DNA of 63,773 nucleotides, filler included, from Sphacelaria rigidula (lineage: Eukaryota), in NCBI GenBank assembly GCA_964200075.2. It is 9 parts of 9 records of this genome, joined end to end, with 100 filler letters (N's around TTAATTAATTAA, not from the genome) between each part and the next. Parts side by side here need not be neighbours in the genome. Positions count along the whole stretch, not along the records: positions 1 to 6,998 come from CAXNAA020017030.1; positions 7,099 to 14,095 come from CAXNAA020017031.1; 7 more parts are not named here. One strand, 5' to 3'. The position numbers were made by a program, and so were the translations under genes. The notes below the pieces were generated by a model, which was given only the letters and a program-made list of their open reading frames with translations, ran no database searches and was not told where the DNA came from. This document shows positions 1-10,847 of this stretch, piece after piece. Each line of letters starts with the position of its first letter. Positions within the stretch are counted from its first letter, which is position 1.

Positions 1-523
1 CAGTAGTCATCATCATCATCATGATGATGATGATCATCATCATCATCATCATCACCATCACCATCACCATCATCACAAACAATACATGTATCATCACAAA
101 ATCTACATACTGTACTACGTACATTTTCAACTAGGTAAGCAATTGGCTCATGGAAGGTGCTTTCTTTTGGCGAACAGTAGTCATCATCGTCATCATGATG
201 ATGATGATGATCATCATCATCATCATCACCATCACCATCACCATCATCACAAAAAATACATGTATCATCACAAAATCTACATACTGTACTACGTACATTT
301 TCAACTAGGTAAGCAATTGGCTCATGGAAGGTGCTTTCTTTTGGCGAACAGTAGTCATCATCGTCATCATCATGATGATGATGATCATCATCATCATCAC
401 CATCACCATCACCATCATCACAAAAAATACATGTATGATCACGAAATCTACATACTGTACTACGTACATTTTCAACTAGGTACGCAGTTAACACATATAA
501 CGTGCTCTGTTTTGGCGAACAGT

Positions 524-559
<36 letters not shown>

Positions 560-580
560 TATCATCATCATAATCACCAT
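1..580. repeat. Compound tandem repeat: ~174-bp unit containing (CAT/GAT/CAC)n microsatellite, ~3.3 copies
   Basis: Unit starts CAGTAGTCATCAT at 1, 175 and 349, with a diverged start at 520. The unique core AAATACATGTATCATCACAAAATCTACATACTGTACTACG... recurs in each unit. Confidence 0.95.
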
Positions 581-3500
581 GGGGATTTTAGCCTTATTGT
601 GGAAATGAGGAGGCAGCACTGCGCGCGCGCATTAGCGTTAAGCTCTGTACACGAACGCAATTATGGGGTCACCGATTAATCCACCTAGATCATTAGTCAT
701 TTCCCACTCAGTGCATTAGAGCCAAGTAACTGAAAGTAGAGACAGTAGTTCATACCTTTCCTGTACGCTACCGTGAAGTGCGTTTCACAATTCTTGCCGT
801 TGCGTTTGAACATCCAGGAGTGTATGTTTATGCCTCAGAAGTATAGTCTTGCGGGGAAGAAGAAAACCGTTGGACTTGACAACTCTACTCGATCCTAATA
901 TGCAAGGCATATACTAGGGGAGAGATGGCTTCATGGCTCGATGGCTTGATATTGAGACCTGGATGTAGCATAGTGGTTCTTAACGCCACAGCGGTGACGT
1001 TGTGGTTCATTCGCGCGCGTTTTAATTGTCGTTCCATCGGTCCAAACCTGGTGCTGCTAGCTTGCTTTTGACAACGTGTGTTAGGGTTGAGGAAACCGTG
1101 CGTGAAACTTGACCGCGCCGTGTTGACAGACGGAGTACTGTATTCCATGTTGTCTTTCGGCCGCACTTTCAGACCCTTTCCATCCTCGGAACGAGTCCTT
1201 AGTCTCAAGGGACCAACCAACTCATCTTTACAGCGGTAAATGCCTTTTGGCATCGCGGATTGGATGACTCCCACAAAGCGACGACTTAGGTCAAATGTGT
1301 ATTGCTATTGGCGTCTTTACGTTTCCAACGACGGAAGACAGACGCTCCGTTAAAAACAACAAGTAAGAGATACAGCTGCAGGGAGTCGAACCACTAACTC
1401 TCCCGAACCGGTCTTATGATATACTGGTGCTGGTGCTGGTACTGGTACTGGTACTGGTATGAGGTAGACTGCCGGTGCGCGGCTGTACCATGTATGAGGA
1501 ACAGCATGGGGGCAATTTGGTTTTACAGTTGTGGTGGTAGCTCGATCTTCTGGTGAAAAAACAAGGTCTTTCAAAGGCATGGCGTGATAGTGCCGCGGTC
1601 TTCTATCCGTTTTTTGTCTGTTTTTTGGCCCACAAGCATGCAGCTGGCTCGGTCGATGACACCAGTGCCCCAGAGGATCACGGACACTAACTGCGCGTCT
1701 CCCTTGGAGAAGCATTGCACAAACGGCCTGAATTTCTGGCATCACACTGGAGCTGGGAAGACGATTGTTGCCGCCGAAATCAAGGAAATTTCCGGAACCC
1801 ATGAAACAACGATCAGTGCAGCCGTTGAATTGACGTCTGGCTGAGCCAGCACTTTAATAAAACCAAACAAGTGGCAGAGGGGATGACGCTGGAGTCAAGC
1901 TAAGAATTACGCGCGGCAACTTTCTATTCAACGGTGGGCGCGGTCAGAGTGATTAGAATGAAAGGCGGCATGGTCATGTTTTTTGCTCATCAAACGCCGC
2001 GCAAGGGCGAGATGCTTTGCTTTAAGAGAGGAACGGAACGACCCTTCGCTGTAACAAACAGGGCATAACCAAACCACGTGCGAGAGCCCCCTTAACATTT
2101 CGGTAGAGGGTGCTACCGGGTTAAGTACAACAGCAATCGAAAGCGCCCGAAATACACAACGACAAATTTCCACTTTCCCCGTTTCCATTCATGACACTAC
2201 CAAGTCATCTAAAGTCATGCCACACGTTCGGATGTTCAAGGTACCCAATATGGAAATAACTCGTTCAATGCACGCCGATGACTCGTGCTACGGTAGAGGT
2301 TGGACATCTTGGCCCAGCTATCATTCGGGGGCTCCTAAACTTGAGAGCAACACAAGAATATGGGTGCGGGCATTCCCGTTTTTGATACTCATTCGGGATA
2401 TCCGTGGTCTTTTGGAATGCTGATCGTAGCGTACTCTCGCCTTCATCACAAGTGAGTTTTTTTTTTGTGAGATAGAGAGCTACTAACAATTCAAACCCCA
2501 GAAACTCTTTATTCACCACTACCGTAAGAGCACTTCGGTCAGTGCGCTTATTCCTGATCTAATATATGATGCCAAAGCATTAGTGGGAAATGTGCAGGGG
2601 GGAACGCCATGATACCCTTATGGCTACGGACTCGCTTCAAGAGCGCGGCGGGCTTGAAGGCATGATAAACAAAAGCCCGCGCCCCCGTGGTCGAACTAGT
2701 TCGTTAATACCATCTAGATTGGACAGATTTTGTGGGCTCGAACGTTGACAGTAGGTTCGAACGTCGACAGTAGTCGTTTTTTCAAATTTTCCGTCACTTG
2801 AGGGCGCGATAATGAGAGTTGACTACATAGTTGGATGGAGATCGACGAGCTACGGAATTGTTTACCCAGCGCTCCATGTTGCAAGTACACAACAGCTATA
2901 CTCAGCAGCGGGTGAGATGGGGCGAGATAGATTGATGCGTCGAGACAGCGGACATGACCCAAGGATGGGGGGCGTTGGAACCAAGGGCGTTAAATACAAG
3001 GAATTTGGGACCGTGTCGGCCGATTATCCCCCCCTGTACCATACCGCCCGCTAGTCACGCTTTCATGATGGGAGCTGGGCCGGGAACGGCGACCAGATAT
3101 TCTCCCCCCGCTTTCAGAACTAGCTTGCTTGAAACAGATTTGAAAACAAAGTTTGCAAAAAAGCGCAACCGAGCCAAAGCCGTGGGGACCAAATAGTACC
3201 AAGGGTGCGCAAGACTCCAACACCTGACGTATAGTTGCAAAGTAACGGATTCCCAGCAACAATAATGCTGGGTGCGATACTGGTAGACCGGGTCCATATA
3301 TGCTCTCGGCTACCTGAGGTTTGGCGCAGGCTGCGGGTCTGGCAATTCACGCAGCAGCGAAATTTGGAATTGAGGCAGTGCGAGGGGTAACCCACCCCAA
3401 CTGGGAGGAGATGCGCCGTCGACATGAGAAGGTTGCAGCAACACCATACCGTGTTTATGGCACGCTCGAGAGTGTGTATTTCTAGCGTGCAGAACGCACT

Positions 3501-4916
3501 ATGTATGCTCGCTCTGTCACGCGTTGCATGTCGAGAAGGCACGAGAAAAAACATTCACGACGACGGACCCTCAAGAACGTTGCGAACAGGCTTGGAAGTC
3601 GACCCAACCGATTGATGGCAGAAGACAAGTGTTTCCCTTGGCTTCGACGAAGTCACATCATCGGGTTGAAGGGACTGTTCTGTGCGCGAAGCAAGGATCG
3701 CCTTGTTGTACTCTTCATTTTTTAAAGAAGAAAAGCAGAAACGTGATAATTAGAAAATGCAACATCGCACTTTGGGAAAACAACGGGTACTCGAACGCGT
3801 ATCCGCATCCGTCCCTCCTCCCGTTTGCTCGAAACACTCCACCTCTATTTTCTCACCTACATCGAGGTGGCAAAGTGGATCAGATGCAGTGCAGTATGAC
3901 AAAACGAAAATCTAAAACCAAACCACAGCGCTGCACAAGGGCAGCGATACGCACGGGCAGCGATGCACACGGGTTTCTTCATAGAAACAAGTCTAAGAAC
4001 AGAAACCAAATGTAAGACCACCAACCAAGCAACAACGGAGTTGTACACATACCCTATTGTCTGAGTCGACCACGGCGTATATCCACCGGATCGCACGTTC
4101 TGCAAGCATGCAGCAGTGACGGCAGCCGCAAAGCACAGACAACGCAACATTGCTACTCCAACGATCCAGTAAATCAGTCTCCGCAATACCGGCACAAGTA
4201 CGTCCAGCCAGTCGCCGATTTAACTCACGGGCCATCTGAGAGGACGTGAAGTCATCTCCAGTGAGATCTCAATCTCCCCAATTGATCTACGCAGTGTATG
4301 GGATGGTAGAGAACAGCTCGAGCCGCAGTTCCGAACTAGCGCACGTGTCGTCCTACGGCAGCGCCCACCCCGCCCCCCCACCCAAGTTTGACAGCATGCT
4401 AAATGAAGAAAGGGTTATACAGCGCATCGAGATGGCGGCTGGTTTTGGAACCAGGTCTTACAAGTCATTTTTAATAATGCAGATAGCTGGTTTCAGGAAC
4501 CAGATCATAGAAATGTTTAGGAGAATACAGGACCAGCACGAATAGCCCCACGTCTGCAAGCACCTCATATGATGAGCGTTTCCTCGGTCACCGTTACACT
4601 TTCCTTCGGGGGGCTACCGTACCACGAATCATACTTATTATGTCAACCAGCCCACACTAGTCTGCCTAGTTCTGCCTAGTACCGATTGCATCACTCACAG
4701 TATTTCCGACAGGGTGAACTCTCGTCTAGAGCTTGTGCTCTGTGCAAGGAAGAATTTTCAGTCTATTGAATACGTTTCTCGGTACACTCGACCAGACGTG
4801 AAAACTCGCGATGTGTTTTGTTCATCCGTTGTGGGCTGCTGCTGCTGCTGCAGGCGATGCAATCAGAACAGCGGAGTATATTCGATTCCCGGTTCTGGGA
4901 AAAGGTTGACTACAAC

Positions 4917-6755
4917 CTACTCAGAACCCGATCCCCAACAGGTGGGGTTGTCCTCATATGGGTCAACCTTGCCGTATTCGGAAGCGCGCGTCCACCCGTA
5001 GCACGAAATATAGTTGTCCAAGCACGAACCACTGATCGAACCGTCGCTTACGCGTTCGTCAGGAAGCTCTTTCCCGCACCATGCCTGAGCCGTTGCACCA
5101 CACAGCGTGATAAAGGCAGTGTGCGAAGGTCAAAACGTCGGTCACTCGGTTATTCTTATAGAATATCATCTTTTACCTGAATACCCCCAATCATTTTCGA
5201 TTGTTTTACTGCAGTTGGAGAAAACCGTCTGAGACAGGGCAGTCAGCACATCTCCTCCTTATATACGTTGGGGTAAATTTCGAGGCTTTCCCGCCCAAAA
5301 CACTACACTACGATACCGCGTTGTGCCGGCAGAACTGGGCGTTTCATCTAGGAACAAGGATATGACACGATATTGTATTTCTTTCTCCGATGCACACCAA
5401 TTCCTGGAAAGTGCTGGAAAACATGCTCAAGTGTCGCATCCCCTCCTTATCTATGTTCGCTCGAGCAGTACCGGGGATACCTTAGGGCATCATCATCTCC
5501 GGCGGATGTGCAGCTTTTTCCGGGAGTAGGAAGTGCAGAACAAAATGCTCATGTTTTGCCCCCCCCTGTCTCAAACTGTCGTTGAGCAACTCGCCTGAAA
5601 GTTGCCCTCCACCGTGCTGAACACTTCGGAATCGGATGAACAAGTGACGGTCCCCGAGGGGCCCGACTTGCTGACCCCGATGCTGATGGACTCGCAGGAC
5701 ACGTCCCCAAAGTGGTGGATCGTAGCAGTGTTTTCGTGGTTTCCGCTTTTCCAAAATCCCTTGTCGCCCTGAATCCGAACTTCAATGTAGCAATAACCGT
5801 TGCCAACGGGGTCGACACCTAAGCCGCCCAACGAAGGCCAAACGGGGAAGAGGGGGGAGCGAGACTTGAATGTCTTCTTCGCATTTCCCGGGGGATGCGG
5901 CGCACGCGAAGATGATGCCGTGCCGTCCCACTCTCGGTACTATCGGGTGGGTAACCACCAAGGTGAGGCGCGGTGTGATATGGGTACTTTCGGTCAGAAT
6001 CATATGGGGGGGTTGGGCACTGGAATACCGATACCCTGCCATCGTACGCTGTTATTTCTGAACGACAATAGAGGAGGGACTGTCCACACCCGCTTCAACA
6101 AATGCAGACCTCGATGAAGGCCTATGCTCCAAGAAAGACCAGGGGAGCACGAGAACCACGAGTACATATTCAACGCGGGTGGTCAAGTGCAGAGGCATAG
6201 CGCGGGAACATGAAATCTCAGACGGCTTTTACATGGGAGGTGCGGTATACACGCTCAGACGTCGATTTGTATATCATTTTTGGGCGACGGACACCATGTT
6301 CTCGTACCAAGAACGAAGAATACCTCAGTCGAAAGGTGATATATGCTCATCTCGTTCGCAGTTTATGGAAATGCAACCGAAAGTCATGATTGCGTCGCTG
6401 TCACCGCCTTAATTCTATTTAAAGGGCCAAACATCCTCGCAACAGGGGCCATTGGCAAAGTACAACAAGAAACACATAGGTGGTGGTATTGGAGCCAACA
6501 GACATTCGGAGAGATATGAAAATATCGGGACCTTTCGAATCCGTCGTGCCCCCTTGCTGCCTATCGTTGGGCGACTCACTCACCCTGCCGCTGGAGAATG
6601 TAGTTGGTGGCGTTTAGCTCGAGTATGTTGCAGGCGTAGTGATCGCAAAAAAGGGTTTCAGTATCTCCGCTTTCTTCTACGTGGTAGTCCCCGCAGGCAG
6701 CCCAAGCGCCGGCGGCAAACATGCCGAGGAGAATAGTCAGGAACAGGAGCCTCAT
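4917..6755 (-). CDS. Secreted cysteine-rich protein, 187 aa, 3 exons (6755-6584, 5818-5595, 5084-4917)
   Basis: Splices in phase (1, then 0) to MRLLFLTILLGMFAAGAWA-ACGDYHVEESGDTETLFCDHYACNILELNATNYILQRQG|VDPVGNGYCYIEVRIQGDKGFWKSGN...STVEGNFQ|AWCGKELPDERVSDGSISGSCLDNYISCYGWTRASEYGKVDPYEDNPTCWGSGSE*. Signal peptide and 10 Cys. Donors are GTGAGT and GCGAGT; acceptors are ttag and tcag. Confidence 0.8.
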
Positions 6756-6998
6756 TTGTCCTCTTTTGATAGGCCTTGCTCTCCTGAGTCAGCTGGTTCG
6801 TTTACAATCAAGCGCCCGGTCACGTGTTGCACCAGGTCGAAGCAAGCGGTTAGAAGTAAGAAGCAGGTGGGGCTCGGAATGGATGTCGACTAGGTGCAGG
6901 AGTGCTGATCCGATTCTCGATACCAAAATGTCAGCCATGCACGGGGTGTACTCATGATCATGCTTGCCATAGTCATCAGACCATTGACCTCGCATCCC

Positions 6999-7098
6999 NN
7001 NNNNNNNNNNNNNNNNNNNNNNNNNNNNNNNNNNNNNNNNNNTTAATTAATTAANNNNNNNNNNNNNNNNNNNNNNNNNNNNNNNNNNNNNNNNNNNN
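6999..7098. other. Artificial contig linker (N44-TTAATTAATTAA-N44); also at 14096-14195, 21193-21292, 28290-28389, 35387-35486, 42484-42583, 49581-49680, 56678-56777
   Basis: Identical 100-bp spacer with stops in all six frames every 7097 bp; contigs are sorted by length. Confidence 0.99.
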
Positions 7099-7680
7099 GG
7101 TCGCCCATCAACGAGTTGCTCACCACACACAAGCGCCATGTTTTTCGCCGATATCATGGCATATCCAGTCTATTTCCTTTGTTGCTTGCTTGATTTTGAC
7201 ATGATGTTCTGTGCGGTGCCTTGAAGCGGTTGTTTGAGGATAATGACACGCACGAGAATGGCCCGCGTCTGTGGTTTCCGCCCCTCCGACGACCCGGAAA
7301 ATGGATGACATGGCTATACCGGAGTAGTTGCTGTTCAATGTACGCACATACCTACATCCCCTCTAGTACAGTGGAGGTGCTACCACAGTGCGGTCACAGA
7401 TCACCTGTCACATGAACATTGCCTTGGTGTGCATGCCAAGAACACGAATACATGCACGAAAGAAGAATGACTGAACGTCAAAATTAATTCTTGGCTAGAG
7501 GGGGTATGGAAAAGTTGCCCCAGACCCCGTCTCATTCAGCCTCGCCACACATTTTTCATTGATGTTCCTCTTGTGTGCCGATACTCGAAAATCAAGTCAT
7601 CAGACTACATTTATTCAACTCGAGCAGTAAAAACGCGCTCCACTACATGAGCAACTCCCCCCCGTGTCGCCGCCTCCACC

Positions 7681-7755
7681 CGGTGTGCTCCGTCCCGGCG
7701 GATGCGAGGTCAATGGTCTTGAAACTACGGCATGCACGATCATGAGTACATCCCC
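7681..7755 (+). mobile_element. 5'-truncated non-LTR retroposon 3' tail (SINE-type subfamily); another copy at 6943-6998 (-)
   Basis: TGCTCCGTCCCGG..GGATGCGAGGTCAATGGTC...GATCATGAGTACATCCCCC matches copies at 24330, 24470, 25230, 30931 and 43500. Confidence 0.8.
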
Positions 7756-8824
7756 CGCACCCCCCTCTTTGTCCCTTTCTTGAGTATTTTCAGCATAATA
7801 GGCCGATTATTCTCATCTCGACCAACGCCCTGCACTTTGACGTCAGGCGTGGCCGTCGGTTCAAGCGCTATCCACTACAATACAACATCGAGGACGACCC
7901 TGCAGTGGAGAAGAGCAGAGCAGGGCGGCGAATTTCGTTGAGGGCGGAGTATTATTTTTCTCTTGGACTTTCGAAATGGCTGTTTTGTTACGGTGACTAC
8001 ATACAGACGGTATCAAAAACACCTGTCATCTGACGTATCCCGCACGGACATCGATGTCCGCTGTACCCGAGCCCGCAGCGATAATATCAGAACAGTATCT
8101 CGGAGCGAGTGATGCCGCGATCGCCCCCTTCGAAACCAGCCTCAAAACTGTCACAAAGAAATGGTCATACAGAGTATTATGGCCGGTTCCATACTGCATG
8201 AACCACCTCACATTAATAATGAAATTGGCGAAAACAATCCCGAGGGTGGGAATTCCAAGGTGCTCGGTGTGCTCGACTTGCGTCATCATGTTGAATCGCA
8301 TGAAGAGTTTGTCTCCTCAAAGTAGCGACTTTTCTGGAGAGGGAGGGCTATCGCGGCATTACTCGTCGATAATAATACCGTTGCCCCGTGTAGATGAGAG
8401 ACAACTGTGCACAGTTCAAGGGTACCCTACACCTCACTATTAGAGCTACGCCTTGAAGGATCACTATTAATATTAACGGGATCTTTTGTCGGACTTACTG
8501 CTCGATTATTTTGGGAAAAAAGCCAACATACACAAACAATGAAGAAAAAACACACTAGATTCTCCAAGCAGTAGTAGTATGTGAATCAGTCTGAACTTGC
8601 TCCATTATTCGCTGACCTGATGAAGAAATCTGCTGTCACGTTTTTCGGGGAAGGTTCCAGAAAGAGGCGTTTCCCCCCCAACAAATGATTTGATATGATG
8701 AAATCATTTTGGAGATACACCATACCGCCTTGTGAAAAGGGGGATCTAACCCTGTTTCTTCGAGAACACGACTGCTCGGTATGACGAGCTTGAATAACGC
8801 TTAATTTCAGGAATAATTGGTTTA

Positions 8825-8970
8825 CAAGCTGGGCCAGCCTAGAAACGTGTTTAGATCTAACAGCCATCATGTCGACGTAGAAGACGGATTGGGCCGTGAT
8901 CCGCATATACATCCTGTTAATCGTCTTATCAAGAGGAAGATGGCCATCTGCTCCGAAGCCTGGTCCGGTT
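8825..8970 (-). mobile_element. Terminal fragment of the CGAGCTGGGCCAGCC (Tc1/mariner-type) non-autonomous family
   Basis: TA-CAAGCTGGGCCAGCCTAGAAACG... is the reverse complement of the ends at ~18260-18402 and ~22730-22871. Confidence 0.65.
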
Positions 8971-10414
8971 TTCCCTCGTTAATTGAATTACCATGTCGAG
9001 TAATTCCTACGCGCACACACAGACTCACGACGGTAGCATTATCAGCAGGGATGTTAACTGAACTGGGCTATTCTCTTTCAGACTTGTGCGACTCTACCGG
9101 GGAAGAAACCTCCTACATGACCACATTATGTGAGCCACATTTCGGTCTCGACGGCGACCCTTCTATCCAATCAATCAGGTCGATTCGGGCACTGTTTTCC
9201 GGCGTTTTTTCACCGCCTTCCTGCTACTACTAGAGTATACCGCACATTGATCATGCCAACGCGGAATCGGCGCAGCTGACTGTTGGAGCTGCCCCGGGGG
9301 CTGGTGAGTGCGTGATACGTGCAACTCCATTTCGTCGTTTTCCATGTTGACTGTACTTACCTGCTGTGACAACGGCTGGATCCCTTAGGTATGGATCAGA
9401 CAACGTGCGACAATCAATGGATCAATCCGATCCACATGCACGGAAATCCAGGCCGCGGCTTTGACATTATCGACTTCAATACCTCAATATACACTGGGCG
9501 ACTCACGAAGAGCCCGATATCTGACTCGTCAAGCGATTCGAAAGTAGTGTACTACAAAGTCCAAACATTTTTTCGAACAAGATCTCCCAAAACAAACTTC
9601 AACATCTTTCCGAGGAATGCTCGAAATAAATTTGAGGAACTACTCCGTCCTAAACATTCTACAAAGATATGACTCCGACTTTCGTTTATCGTATGAGCAT
9701 CTCCATAACATTTTTTTCATTTGAACCTGACTATAGCAGCAGCATCGTAGGTACCTCCATTTGGGAGATATGACACCAACCCCATGACAGACTTTACTCA
9801 TGAGACAGAGGAAGCGTCTGTTATTATTCTTCTTTCTGCATTCTTCCTTTTCCTCAAGTTTCCCTTGGCGGGCGCTCCCATGCCAGAGCCCTTCAGAGGG
9901 TCCATGCTGTGCCCTCGACTGGATCCGTGATGAATTAGTTACAGTAGTGTGAAACAAGCAATCGATCAGTCGATCAATGATACTCTTCCCTCCTTCTCAT
10001 TTACCGACTCCATACAACAGTCCTGAGGCCACGCGAACAGGCCTTTGCTTCGTAGGCTTTCAGCCCCCAAAGCCCGTCGGTACTATCATGAGCCCCAAAA
10101 GTACATTTTTTTCTGGCGTTTTTTTTTTTTTTAAACAATTTCCTTCCCCCGGAAGATGTTACTGTCCTCTCTTTTCAGAGGAACTTATATTTTTTCGGAG
10201 CCTATTTCTGCGGGGCCCGCTGAAGGAGGCGCGTCAGGCTGCCTACCTGCCTACCCGCCTGTCAGACGACCACACACCACCCCACACACCAGTATTCAGG
10301 AGCGGGGGTCGGCTACCCGCCGGTAGGTGGATGACAAAGACGAGAAAAAAACCAATCGGCCGAAAAAAGTCAAGAAACTCGCGAAAATAAAATCAGAGTC
10401 AAGAAAAAAGAATG

Positions 10415-10770
10415 AAGAAGCCGGCAAAAAATAATGATGCGCAGAGAAAAAAAAAGAGCAGCCGGAAAACTAAGTGGAGAAGCCGAAAACAACTTTGAGG
10501 TGCCGAATAACATCAGGAGAAGCCGGAAACAAAATCGGGAAGGCGGACAAGAAATTGAGAAGCCGAAAACAAAATTGAGAATCAGGGTTCGAATTCCGAA
10601 GCCGGGAAAAAAAATGGACAAGCCGGGAAAAAAATGATTAAGCCGAGAAACAAAATGGAGGAGCCCAACACAACATTGAGGAGCCGGGAACAAAATGGAG
10701 AAGCCGAAAATTAAATGGTGGAAGCCCAAAACAAAACTCATGAAGCCTGACACAAAAAAGATGCCACCCA
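10415..10770. repeat. Degenerate ~20-bp minisatellite (consensus ~GAGAAGCCGAAAACAAAATT)
   Basis: AAGCCG followed by an A-tract recurs about every 20 bp. Confidence 0.75.
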
Positions 10771-10847
10771 AGAAAAAAAAACGAATATCTGATCATTAGG
10801 GGCCCACAAACAAGACAAAAAAAGGAGCCTAAGGAGCAAACAAACGC

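Noticed and set aside
1584..1880. GLNFWHHTGAGKTIVAAEI resembles the Walker A region of SF2 (NCLDV D6/D11-like) helicases, suggesting an endogenous giant-virus gene
   Set aside because: Short ORF, a stop soon after, no DExH or other helicase motif found downstream, and no other viral genes nearby. A TBLASTN or HMM search would settle it.
4854..4941. Apparent plus-strand exon (ctgcag|AMQSEQRSIFDSRFWEKVDY...|gt)
   Set aside because: It overlaps the stop and 3' UTR of the better supported minus-strand secreted-protein gene and has no partner exons.
5177..5228. Possible extra minus-strand exon TVFSNCSKTIENDWGYS
   Set aside because: Its 52 nt would shift the frame of the last exon into an early stop; skipping it gives a coherent protein.
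10415..10770. Regular short repeats as a CRISPR-like array
   Set aside because: Degenerate 20-bp tandem units without unique spacers, eukaryotic context, no cas genes.
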